A stretch of DNA of 62,803 bases, counting the filler, from Craspedostauros australis (Eukaryota): assembly GCA_030167865.1 (NCBI GenBank). It is 12 parts of 12 records of this genome, joined end to end, with 100 filler letters (N's around TTAATTAATTAA, not from the genome) between each part and the next. Parts side by side here need not be neighbours in the genome. Positions count along the whole stretch, not along the records: positions 39,884 to 51,376 come from JALAGF010006044.1; positions 51,477 to 54,574 come from JALAGF010006045.1; positions 54,675 to 57,823 come from JALAGF010006046.1; positions 57,924 to 60,014 come from JALAGF010006048.1; 8 more parts are not named here. One strand, written 5' to 3'. Position 1 is the stretch's first letter, and every line of letters begins with the position of its first letter. Position numbers and translations under genes: made by a program. Below, piece after piece: positions 48,901 through 59,248 of this stretch. Under the pieces are notes generated by a model that saw nothing but the letters and a program-made list of their open reading frames with translations, did not search any database and was not told the origin of the DNA.

Positions 48901-49824
48901 CGTCTGCTCTTCGACCTTGTGGTTCGTCTCAAGCTTGTGGAGTTTCGACATGGCTGTCAGCTTCATGTCTACCATTGCGCTGGCGATCGCATGATACGAC
49001 AGGGCACTGACGGCCTCTCTCGAGGCGATGTACAAGGAGTTACACAGGGTGATGGCAGTCTTCTCTCTCACATCCCCACACACCAGTCAGCAATCGAGAG
49101 GTGTCCGTCTCTGCTGCAGTGGATGCGTTCATGGTTACCTGCTACCCCAGTCGTACTTAGTCCCACAGACTGGTACGAACGGGGTCACGACATCAACGGT
49201 TTCGTGACAGGTCCTCGCGGTCTCTCCCAACCACTTATCTCATCTGGAACATACATCTGGCACCCTCCTCCTGCGGCTGCGGATGTGGCACTTGAGGAAC
49301 TACGCAAGGCAACGCTCAAACGACAGCGATCCATGCATGTGTTCGTTTGTCCACGTCTGATGACGTGTGAATGGATGCGTCAAGCTCACAAAGCTTTTGA
49401 TCTCATTTTGCGCATTCCTCCCAATCATTCCTTTTGGCCACCGAACATGTTCGAACCATGCATTCTGGGTATTGCTTTTCCTTTCTTACCATATCGTCCA
49501 TGGGAACTCAGGGCCACACCGAAGCTGCTCCAGCTGGAGCGGGACGTGTCGTCGATGTTCCAAAATTCGGACGTGGACGGAGGGCATCTTCTGCACGAAT
49601 TTCTATTGGAGCATCGCAGGTTTTCCAGCCTGCAAAAGCATGTGGTGTGGAGGATGTTATACTTCCGAGAACCGCCTTGGATTTCATCAACATCATCTCC
49701 AACCAACAGACGCAAGCGGAAGCGATCCCAACGAACGCCTCGAGATGAACTGGAACATGAAGCACACCAACAAACACTTGTTCAACCAAGGGCGAAACGG
49801 AGATCATCTGCTGATTCCATTTGA
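45931..49824 (+). CDS. ORF2, pol: reverse transcriptase + RNase H + degenerate methyltransferase-like region
   Basis: RT motifs VPK..DIRPVYN, DLDIGEMFHNF, WMG..SPY and YVDD (48052-48063). RNase H motifs FVDASGSGFG, NFRE, FTDN and DGLSRG. Downstream YIWHPPP...VFVCP....W. First ATG is at 46030. Confidence 0.93.
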   Translation, partial: QLNSSSEVNEPTSLSAASLSFVSDRSLLQPPAQMHIVLAYEHFPFWLLSIQKVCVCRIELMVPQGAPLSHGIELAWRPLFQACVEYFGDLIQPWKGPTASYHLALVTGSQLFIEQHRTRCDASQFIGVIDNHVIDRRRTHYSDEWHQIQHPRVGGATTFTTWWLATPALNPMQFSQHNDVQSLLHRGFPVKIDRMKTVAAVTHRLRIGQWSPSVVTTSYYSRTIAGTRRLTSIELSTIFNIPNIYARVRVPPSLYPFLPIGILNAFMAIAARQPMMHQPLVHRSATSVNNTNKDVWLPSIQRWLPSAWNNIGWVSTKAAKGDDADIHFSLWDDRIRLVLPDAMPLVPLLRGLLLRYYRRSVWKEMRQHLRVSFGPRWWVLLMYIKHRRHHNRSSHGRFLQALQSMELDGYDSDATVATTNLQSCSVTHLQHQERTMGKQMMAATTVCARILMQLATASWWRWTRGSSLLFWRWSAYAEIAREGIPPCITGTLPHYRPAPKRFTLSDYALMLPKMKKMLDNGYMVVPRLQRSIRSCIDYFHVPKDTDIRPVYNGTSCGLNEVLWSPKFWLPMAKTAVRAMDFGFVSSDLDIGEMFHNFPLHADLKAWSGVDLSNFAADLPDYTTPHRRQFHVVWDRCWMGARTSPYTAVRFYYLAEDFVLGDRRNTHNAFRWDQLRLNLPGSSQFDPSRPRVIKFNTRTQRMATQMLVYVDDVRIVSTDINAAWLATHQVSTRLQHLGIQDALRKRRPPSAVPGEWIGCVFRASTDQVSVTVSLAKWEKARALIQQLCQQLRSSDAGVVNYKDLERTRGFMCHLSMTFPQVAVFLKGFHLTLASIWPGRDEQGWRIPSRSLAAALHHCDDGGPSPPNIPETILPVARLHDDLRALTQLFALEAPPCISHRARTMLQVIYGFVDASGSGFGSSFALTSGISCRLGSWGRDTESLSSNFREFSNLVESLEEEGKRGSLRDAVVYVFTDNSTVERACYKVNTSSRLLFDLVVRLKLVEFRHGCQLHVYHCAGDRMIRQGTDGLSRGDVQGVTQGDGSLLSHIPTHQSAIERCPSLLQWMRSWLPATPVVLSPTDWYERGHDINGFVTGPRGLSQPLISSGTYIWHPPPAAADVALEELRKATLKRQRSMHVFVCPRLMTCEWMRQAHKAFDLILRIPPNHSFWPPNMFEPCILGIAFPFLPYRPWELRATPKLLQLERDVSSMFQNSDVDGGHLLHEFLLEHRRFSSLQKHVVWRMLYFREPPWISSTSSPTNRRKRKRSQRTPRDELEHEAHQQTLVQPRAKRRSSADSI

Positions 49825-51049
49825 GTGCGACACATGTGTGTTCATCAAACTGAAATCACGTCGTCCTATCCCACAAGATCACACTGATGAACGTCTACTC
49901 CAAGCCATTCGCAGAGTTAACCTTGATGCTTTCTGGAGCAGAGCGACCACTACAGTGAAAGCCAATGCGGGTCGAGCACGACGCATGATCCACATGAGCC
50001 AAGGCCTGGGGTTGGAGGGTCCATTTGAAGCGCATGGACCATTACCTCCGTTCGATCATTGCGGCTACCAAGTCGCAATCTTGATGGTATTGATGTCGCT
50101 GAAGCCTGGACAACACTCGAAAACGCATACACAGTATGATACTATCCGCAAGGCACGAGCAACCTATTCAAATCACATCAGAGCATCCGCTGCATCCACT
50201 CAACATTCCTTGAGCATGGGTGATCAAAAGGGTCGGTACCAACGTATCACCTCTGATCCATGCGGTTCTTTCTGGTTCACCAGGTTCAACGAAGGCTGCA
50301 GGTATCGTATGGGACAGGATTGGCGACCAAACAAGGGTTTCTCTACAGACCTTGTGTTGGCCATATTGGACATTGCACAGGAACGTCTGGATGAGTGCGA
50401 ACCGTTGGACGCAGATCAACATCGGTGGGCCGCGTTTATGGCATACGCAACGCTGTCATACGTTCTCTCTCTGCGAGGGACGGAAGCTCAAATGCTTGAC
50501 TTGGGAGCTACGCTCAAGGAATGGTCACGTCCCAAACCAAAAGACCATTTCACTATCGTGTTACAAGGCAAATTCAAAGGGGAACATCAGTCATATCAAC
50601 ACATCATCCCGGTGTCTACCAACACTAAGTCTGGCATCAAGGTGCAACACATCGTTGCAGAGCTTCTTCATATAAAAAACAAGGCACAGCAACGTTTCGG
50701 ACCGGCAATCTCTTCCAAGGACGGAGTTCTGTATACTCTCAAGGAATTGGATGACGCACTCCACGACATTTTGGAGAGCATCTGGGAATCCAATCGCGCA
50801 CTCTTTCCTCCCGACATCACTCAGTCTTCCAAATTGCGAGAAAACTACCATTGTTTTCGCTCTTTTCGACGAGCCTCCGACACTCGAGCTCTGGATCAAA
50901 AGGTAAGCGAATCTGACATCAAATTGGTCAATCGTTGGGAAAAACGAGGACCAGGAGGTGGGCGTCGAAACGAGACAGACATGAGGTTTCACTACGCTCA
51001 GTTTGACCTTCTTGTCCAGCCGTTTCTGCGCTACACCGCTGCCATGTAA
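49367..51049 (+). CDS. ORF3, tyrosine recombinase, overlapping the pol 3' end in the +1 frame
   Basis: SLRGTE (R), GKFKGE (K), RSFRR, VNRW and HYAQ (Y), plus an N-terminal Cys cluster. 49367 is GTG; the first ATG is at 49640. Confidence 0.88.
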   Translation: MNGCVKLTKLLISFCAFLPIIPFGHRTCSNHAFWVLLFLSYHIVHGNSGPHRSCSSWSGTCRRCSKIRTWTEGIFCTNFYWSIAGFPACKSMWCGGCYTSENRLGFHQHHLQPTDASGSDPNERLEMNWNMKHTNKHLFNQGRNGDHLLIPFECDTCVFIKLKSRRPIPQDHTDERLLQAIRRVNLDAFWSRATTTVKANAGRARRMIHMSQGLGLEGPFEAHGPLPPFDHCGYQVAILMVLMSLKPGQHSKTHTQYDTIRKARATYSNHIRASAASTQHSLSMGDQKGRYQRITSDPCGSFWFTRFNEGCRYRMGQDWRPNKGFSTDLVLAILDIAQERLDECEPLDADQHRWAAFMAYATLSYVLSLRGTEAQMLDLGATLKEWSRPKPKDHFTIVLQGKFKGEHQSYQHIIPVSTNTKSGIKVQHIVAELLHIKNKAQQRFGPAISSKDGVLYTLKELDDALHDILESIWESNRALFPPDITQSSKLRENYHCFRSFRRASDTRALDQKVSESDIKLVNRWEKRGPGGGRRNETDMRFHYAQFDLLVQPFLRYTAAM

Positions 51050-51731
51050 TGGGCGGTACTATTGGGGATCAGGAAGTGCATAACATGGAGTTGGGATAGA
51101 TTCGTCAAAAGCCGGTACAACTGGTGGACTGGTTCGATGCCGGAAGGCTGCGGTCATACTCAGAGTAGCATTCGCTACATGGGGACCAAAACCTACACGC
51201 CGAACTCTAGTCAACATACGACATCGCATCCAGCTCCAATAACAGCATGAACTGACATGGTATTACACATGCAACGCATGCTACACACCAACCCAATAGT
51301 GCACATATCTTGTGATATACTCTACTACTGACTTTCTGCACTACCATTTGCTCTTCAGCTGTATGATCGACCACCGNNNNNNNNNNNNNNNNNNNNNNNN
51401 NNNNNNNNNNNNNNNNNNNNTTAATTAATTAANNNNNNNNNNNNNNNNNNNNNNNNNNNNNNNNNNNNNNNNNNNNCTGCATCTTGTTGTTTTTTGGCTT
51501 TTTTCATTCTGGTCCACGGATCCTTCGCCTCTTCATGCCATTGTACACATTCGACAGCTACAGAGCCAGCATGTTCCCCTCTCTTCGAATGGGGGGTGCG
51601 GATGTTGTTGCGACTCTCTTGCCAGTTGACTTGTTGCATTCCAACAGCAGGATTCATCTAGGTACGACAAGCAAACGTTGTACATTCTGACTCCACTATT
51701 TATGGTATTCTCGTTTGCCTTGCTGAGGCGG

Positions 51732-54573
51732 TTAACTTGCATCACCACGGCTCTGTCGTGCAGCCCTTCCACGGGTCCTCATCCCAGTAGTAGTCGGCTT
51801 TCTTCGTGCTTTCTCTTTGTCATTATGCTGGTGCTGTGATTGTTGGTCTCCTATTGCTTGTTCTGCCATTGTGGGATTATTCGTGGCTGCTTCCGCTGTT
51901 GTCGTTGGTGCTGTTGCGACCTGCGGTGGCTGTTGGCTACTTCCTTCTGCTGTCTCTCCTCTTGCATCATCTTTTCGGACCGATTCAGTTGATGCCAAAG
52001 TTGCACTTGGCGATGGCATCTGGACTCCACCTGTTTCGGCTCCTCTTGTTGACACCAGTGATGGCGGTGATGGCAAGATCACCACCTCTGTTTGGGCATC
52101 TGTTCGTGTTGTATGCTGCTTACCGCCTGCCTGGGCTGGTAGGATCCGTTGAGGTGATCCCACTACAGCAATCACCTCTTCTGGTGCCCGTCCTCCTCCA
52201 CTGTCCAAGACTTCCGAAATTCTGGCTGCTGGTGATCGTGGTGGTGGCATTGTCTGCATCTCCGTTCGGGAATCTGTTCCTGTTGTTTGCTGCTCACCGC
52301 CTGCCTGGGCTGGTAGGATCCGTTGAGGTGATCCCACTACAGCAATCACCTCTTCTGGTGCCCGTCCTCCTCCACTGTCCAAGACTTCCAAATTTCTGGC
52401 TGCTGGTGATCGTGGTGGTGGCATTGTCTGCACCTCCGTTCGTGTTCTGTGGTGGGCATTGCCTGCCTGGGCTGGTAGGATCCGTTGGGGTGATCCTGCT
52501 GTTGCCATCTCGTCTGGCCATGCCCGTCCTCCTCCACTGTCCAAGACTTCCGAACGTCTGGCTGCTGGTGATTGTGGTGGTGGCATTGTCTGTGTCTCCG
52601 TTCGGGCATCTGTTCGTGTTGTTTGCTGTGCACCGCCTGCCTGGGCTGGTAGGATCCGTTCGAGCGATGGGTGAATGCGACTGCTCTGGCTTCTTTCGTC
52701 CATAGCAGAGCGACGGTATGTGTACTGGTCTGCGCTGACTCTCACATCTGCTGCTGCTGGATCTTTACCACCTGATCTGCTTGCCAAGTGGCCAGCAGCA
52801 TCAACCAATGCCGCATCNNNNNNNNNNNNNNNNNNNNNNNNNNNNNNNNNNNNNNNNNNNNNNNNNNGATCCCACTACAGCAATCACCTCTTCTGGTGCC
52901 CGTCCTCCTCCACTGTCCAAGACTTCCAAACTTCTGGCTGCTGGTGATCGTGGTGGTGGCATTGTCTGCATCTCCGTTCGTGTTCTGTGGTGGGCATTGC
53001 CTGCCTGGGCTGGTAGGATCCGTTGGGGTGATCCTGCTGTTGCCATCTCGTCTGGCCATGCCCGTCCTCCTCCACTGTCCAAGACTTCCGAACGTCTGGC
53101 TGCTGGTGATTGTGGTGGTGGCATTGTCTGTGTCTCCGTTCGGGCATCTGTTCGTGTTGTTTGCTGTGCACCGCCTGCCTGGGCTGGTAGGATCCGTTCG
53201 AGCGATGGGTGAATGCGACTGCTCTGGCTTCTTTCGTCCATAGCAGAGCGACGGTATGTGTACTGGTCTGCGCTGACTCTCACATCTGCTGCTGCTGGAT
53301 CTTTACCACCTGATCTGCTTGCCAAGTGGCCAGCAGCATCAACCAATGCCGCATCAAGGGAGATATCCTCATGCTCCCACCATCTGTTGGCATTTTGGGA
53401 GACGTTCACATTGATGTTGGGGCCACCTGCTGGGGCCATTTCGATGGCAAGGCGGGGCTTCTTTCTTGGTCCACTCACTTCATTGTTCTCTGCCAACATT
53501 CTGGGTCTCTGTTGCAAGGCGTCTTCCCGTGCCCGGATTATGCGCTTTTCCTCCACCTTGAGAGCCAGCTCAGCTTCCATCATCTCAAGTGCTACCCGCT
53601 TGATTTCAATGCGGTCTCGTATTATGTCGGTACTGTCCGTAAATACCGACATGGTGTCGTCAGTGGCAGTCCGGGTTGCTGTCTGATGACTGATTGCAGA
53701 AACCGTGGGCGTGGCTTGTTGGCCATGCAGCCTTGGCTGTGTTGCTGATGGTAGCTGTCCGGTGTTGTTGCTTGCAAGGCTTTGTGCTGCTGGGATGTGG
53801 CTGTGGCCTCCTGGCTTGGTGGTGGGTGTGGGTATTGCAGGTGTTGTGCTGTAGCCAGCAGCATTTCCTGTGGTGTCCACTGTCTTGCTCACCGTGCTCG
53901 TCATTGTGTTGTTGATATTGTGGGTGGTAATGTCAGTGGTGCAGCTTTGTGTGTTAGTGACTTCATCACGGACACCCGGATGGCTTCCATCACCATCTGC
54001 AAAGCCGAGACCATGGCATACAGAAAAGTGCCGGGTCACACCCACGTTGGTTGCTTCCTTCAAACGTACCGTTATTGTGAGGATGTTGTGAGTGGCGCCA
54101 TCATTGTCCTTCACAGCATGANNNNNNNNNNNNNNNNNNNNNNNNNNNNNNNNNNNNNNNNNNNNNNNNNNNNNNNNNNNNNNNNNNNNNNNNNNNNNNN
54201 NNNNNNNNNNNNNNNNNNNNNNNGCAAAGTCTTCATTCCGAAACTGCTGCACATGGGCAGCACGTTTCTGTCCTGCATCAGAGAATGGATGGCCCAACTT
54301 GTCGATTAGAATGTCCACGATGCTTCCATCTTGACCGAAAGCTGATGGTGGCTTGTACAGCAGCACCAGGAACATCCGAGGTACTCCGCCCACCTTCCGA
54401 CTTTCAATGGTCACTGTTGCGTCATTCCTTGTAGTACATGCAGGCAGGTGGAAATCCACCCCAACCATGCGATATCGTTCACCACGAGGTCTCCACACTT
54501 GAGTTGTGTGAAAGACCTCGATGGTGCGGCTCAGCTTCCGAAACTTGGCAACTCGTTGGGGCTCTGATAGCTC
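51732..54573 (-). CDS. Large hypothetical, probably transposon-borne ORF with ~57-61 aa tandem repeats; 5'-partial and partly duplicated across a gap
   Basis: The frame is open from the gap at 54574. Repeats read QTMPPPRSPAAR.SEVLDSGGGRA....GSPQRILPAQAG. The 3' end and flank are homologous to the element at 39031-39783. Confidence 0.6.
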
Positions 54574-54743
54574 ANNNNNNNNNNNNNNNNNNNNNNNNNN
54601 NNNNNNNNNNNNNNNNNNTTAATTAATTAANNNNNNNNNNNNNNNNNNNNNNNNNNNNNNNNNNNNNNNNNNNNTGATAGTGCTGGGTACACATTGTCCG
54701 AGAGCTCTCAGCCTCCATTGGAGCCAGCACATTGTCACTTGTC

Positions 54744-57052
54744 TTACACGCGAGGAGAATCCTCTTCATCCTCTTCCTTTCCTTCGGGATCCTCCATGCC
54801 CTTGTTGGAGATACCGTCGCCTTCCGAACCCTCATCGCCGTCCTTGACTGCTACTCCAGCCGCGGCGGCAGCTCGGAGATCGGTCTGAGAGAATCGATGG
54901 GAGAATTGACGGGACAAGCGTTCCGCCATCAAAGCGCGGTCATTGCTGGCGGCGTCGTACTCGTCATGGCACTGCATGCGAAGAAAGAGTGAACGGCAAC
55001 AACACGCATGTCATCGAGAGCATTGAGAGCATCGCAGAATGCGTTGGCGGGTGCAAGTGGCAACAGGCAAAGCAAAAACAGGAATCAGGGGGGTTGGCTC
55101 GTGAGAAAGATGGTGTTCCAGATCATCCACGATGAACATGACGAACTCGAACTTTATCTGGAAACACAGCGTTGCATGACCCCGCCATGCCTCGCCGTAC
55201 CGTCCAAACACAAGGCAACACAAGACAACTCAGAAGACCATCGAACGACCTCAACCTCAGCCCGGTCTGATTTTGCCAGATCACACACACCACAGCAAAG
55301 CACAGCACAGCACGACACAACACACCGAAACGCATCATATCGAACTCACCTGACCCATGAAGGCACAAAACTCCAAAAAGTCAACATATCCATTTCCGTC
55401 CGCATCCATGACCGCCCACAACGCCTCGAAGTCGTTGCGGTTCATCTCCACGACCTTGCCAGAGCTCAAGAACTCCCACATGCCCTCCTTCGTGATGTTG
55501 CCCACAGCGCTGGCACGACGGTTGCCCTTGTCGGCTGCTGTGGATTGAGCATCGATCTTCTGGAACTCCCGAGCCAGCGCGGCGGCATCCATGCGCTTGG
55601 CTGGGAGGCTGATGCTCATGGTCTGTGCGACGCGCGCAGCGAACACAGCGCGGTATCTCTTTGCCTGCTGCTTGTTGTAGATGATGACTGCAGCAGCGAC
55701 CACGATGAGGAAGAGAAGGACGCCACCGATGGTGAAGCCGGCGATGACGCCTGCCTTGACGGGGGTGGTTGGCTCATCGTATGGGTTGGTGGCACAGTTG
55801 GGATCGTACTGCAGGACAAGGGAAAGTAAGGGAAGTCGGCGATGAGTAACGAATGATTCGTGACGAATGGATGCAAGGAAACCGAGAGGCGTCCACATGA
55901 ATCAAGTCGAACAAAGTGAGAGAAAGAGTACATACAACGCATATGGACACCGATGAAACCACTCCATCTGCTTCTGCGCGGTTCGCATTGCTTTCGCGGC
56001 AGAGCTTACCTGGCACCACTGTTCCTCCGTGGGGAACATTCCAGACGCAGATGGACCAGTCATGGGGACAACTGGGCGCGCTGGCACCGGGACCGCAGAA
56101 GCTTCGTAAGAGGCCTTGATCTGATCGACGAATTCTTGCTCCGTCACACGCTTCTGGCGACAAGCCTGGAAGAATACGAGCTCGGAATTGTTATAGAACG
56201 AGACCATCTCGTGTGCATTGTCGCAAGTGGCATCAGTGCAGGTGATTACGGCGATGACATTTGTGCCTGCGGAGAACGTCGCAAGACCTTGCGTTACGAC
56301 CGTATTGTTTCCAATCGAGTACGTGATGGTCGGTTCCAAGCTGTCGACGGTTCCATCCGGACCAGCGATGTTCTGTGCGGATGGCAACGTGACAACCGTC
56401 CCGTCAAGCTCGAAGGTTGACGTGCCATAGATATCCACGGCCTGCACTAACCCAGGGTTGGTGCTTCCAGGTGGTGCTTTGGACACTCTGTAACGGTGGT
56501 TGAAGGCCCTGGTGCCGTCGACGGTGTAATTGTTGAAGATCTTGTAAGGGAAGGACTGAAGGGCAATTGGACCGAATCCAGGAAGGACCCCTCTGCGGAC
56601 TTCCATCGGCTGCCCGTCCGGCCCGTATGCAAACATGTCGCACATGTAGTATCCGGTGAAGAGAGCCTGGAAGCAATGATTGAAGTGGTTGTCGAAGCAC
56701 GGATGTATGCATGCATGGATTGATGGAGAAAGTACAATCACCCAAAGCGATGACAATGGCAGCAAGGCAAGACGCAAAAGGTTAGAGCGGATCATGTCTC
56801 CTCACAGCAAGCGACGGATATGGAGGACCGGGACACTCAGTGGCGATACCATTTCCACTGTCGCAAACGCACCTTGACTTTGTTTTGCTCAATGATATCA
56901 TAATTGAGGCCCGACTTGTAACGCTTGTCAGCATCGGAGAGGCATGGTTCGCGCCATGGATCGCCGCACTTGCCATCTCCTGCTGCAGTCTTCGTGAGGA
57001 TGCTCAACACGAGCGCAACCAGGCAAACGAGGTTGGTTTGGGAGATCTTCAT
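54744..57052 (-). CDS. Type I single-pass membrane protein with a cytosolic EF-hand; exons 57052-56873, 56666-56010, 55808-55350 and 54971-54744
   Basis: Signal peptide MKISQTNLVCLVALVLSIL; three phase-0 GT..CAG introns join the ORF pieces in frame; TM GVIAGFTIGGVLLFLIVVAAAVIIY; EF loop DADGNGYVDFLE. Confidence 0.85.
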
Positions 57053-58108
57053 GGTGTCGGAGAGTTGCGTGATGTTTCGAATTTGCTCGATTGTTTTGTG
57101 CAGGGCAGATGTTGTTGTGTTGGATCTTCGGAGAAATTGTGAGAAGGGTTTTCATCTTCGGATGAGGGATGCGGTGCCTCTTGTTTCATCCCAGCGCGCA
57201 TTCGCACGCAATTGTGTGTATGTCATGGTACGACCTACAATACTCGTACCTACCATACACGCAGATGCACAGCAGCAGCAACATTCATGATGCGAACTGC
57301 AACTGCAGCACAAGCGTCCTCATGTCACCACGTCCTCAGCTGTCGTTCTGTTGTTCTGTCGTTCTGTTGCAGTTGTATCTTCCTTCGCCTCGTCTTGTCT
57401 CATCCTGTGTCGGGGGAGATTTTGTCCACTCTCCTTCCGACCGTGTCAACATCGTTTCACCGACTTGATTCCTCAAGAAGGGAGCGAAGAATGAGAGTAT
57501 GCATTGCGATACGTGATGTCATGAGTTGTGACGAGATGAGGCGATTGTGTTGATCGAAGCCCACTATGTGTGATACTATGCTGAGCTTCCCCACTGGTTG
57601 CCGCCAATTAAGAGAGGGCAAGCGCGGAACAAATGCATCACGGTATGCCATCATGGTATAAATGCCAGCACTTTATCAAAGTGGACGGGTCCTTCTCTTC
57701 TTTTGTGGACACGGCATCGCCTCACTGGTTGCCAACTTCTGGTTGTTGTTGTTGGAAGTTCGCAGATGATGACACACAAGCGGCCCTGGGTGGGCGCCCT
57801 CGAGCGATCCTTCATCCGCAAGANNNNNNNNNNNNNNNNNNNNNNNNNNNNNNNNNNNNNNNNNNNNTTAATTAATTAANNNNNNNNNNNNNNNNNNNNN
57901 NNNNNNNNNNNNNNNNNNNNNNNGATGACAACAATGCAAAGAAGAGGTGCTAATCTGTTTGTCTCATAACACCTGTCGTCCTACAACCAATAACAACTAA
58001 CAAACAACAGAACAGCAAGACTTCAGTCCATCTCCGTGCGCGGAGTTTTCTAACACGTTTATAAACGATAGGTCGAGAGAGCCCTGCGTGACGGAACCGA
58101 ATGGCTGA

Positions 58109-59198
58109 ATGAGCGAAGAGTCCGAAGAGACTGAATACCCTCTCACACCGGTGATCGAGGAAGAGACAGAAGGAGAGCAAGGCGCGCCAACACTCCCAAC
58201 ACCAATCCAAGAAGCAGCGATTGACGAGACAGAACAAGAGAGAGCNNNNNNNNNNNNNNNNNNNNNNNNNNNNNNNNNNNNNNNNNNNNNNNNNNNNNNN
58301 NNNNNNNNNNNNNNNNNNNNNNNNNNNNNNNNNNNNNNNNNNNNNNNNAAGATCGAAGCCTACGAACAAGAGACGAGCAGACAGACAGAGAGAGAAGGCC
58401 AGCAGACAGCCAAGCAACCATCAACAGCAACACCCGGCGCGAGCGCACGGACAGGAACATCAACCATGACAACAGAGACGAACAGGAGACGCAACAAGGC
58501 GCCTCTGTTCAGTGGCAAGAAGGAGGACTTCAATGCGTGGGAGACGCAAGCCAAGGCGTACGCGCGAGCGCAGCGCACGAAGAACATCATGATCGGGCTG
58601 ACGCCGATCCCAACCCAAGCTGAGGTGGCCGCGGCCGAAGGCGNCGAGAAGGAGACCCTCTCNAAGACCCACGAGTTGGCCGGCGACTGCTTCGGAGACC
58701 TCGTGCTGATGATGGACACGACAAAGGGAACGGGCAAGAAGGCCCTCCAAATGATCACGAAGTGTGTCACCACCAACTATCCGGACGGCAATCCAGCTGA
58801 GGCTTGGAAGTTGCTGATGGCGAAGTTCAAGCCAATCGACACTTCGACCAAGATGCGATTGAAGTACCAATTCAATGCTGAGAAGATGAAGCGTGACACT
58901 GACCCCGACGACTACATCACGCAACTGGAGCTACTTCGAACCCGACTTGAAGAAGTCAATCACACCATCGACGATGACGAACTGATCATGCAGGTGCTGA
59001 ACACCGTGAGCGGTGAGTACCGTCCAGATGTGCGAACCATCGAACAACAGCTTCGCCTCGACCCAACCAAGGTGACCATCGAAACCATCCGGTCCCTGTT
59101 CAACCTGACCTACTCCCGCAAAACTGGAGGCAAGGCTTATGTGGATGACTTCGCGAGCGAGGAGTCCAACCAAGATGATACCGGCCTGACAACCACAG
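58109..59198 (+). mobile_element. Ty1/Copia gag (UBN2-type), truncated by a gap; a probable LTR end (..TTCTAACA, 58055) lies upstream
   Basis: PLFSGKKEDFNAW, AWKLLMAKF, DPDDYITQLELLRTRL and DELIMQVLN...EY. Confidence 0.85.
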
Positions 59199-59248
59199 NN
59201 NNNNNNNNNNNNNNNNNNNNNNNNNNNNNNNNNNNNNNNNNNNNNNNN

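Larger units (their letters stand above)
43780..51049 (+). mobile_element. Tyrosine-recombinase (DIRS-like) retrotransposon, coding region apparently intact; termini not resolved
   Basis: Three long same-strand ORFs in the order gag-like, RT-RNase H, YR, without a DDE integrase or recognisable protease. Confidence 0.9.

Noticed and set aside
43200..51376. Terminal inverted or split direct repeats of the YR retrotransposon
   Set aside because: No convincing match between the 5' flank and 51050-51376 by eye; the 3' end is probably lost at the contig break.
53683..53705. Hammerhead ribozyme core (CTGATGA...GAAA)
   Set aside because: Stem II closing bases do not pair (C/A), no stems I or III are evident, and it lies antisense within an ORF.
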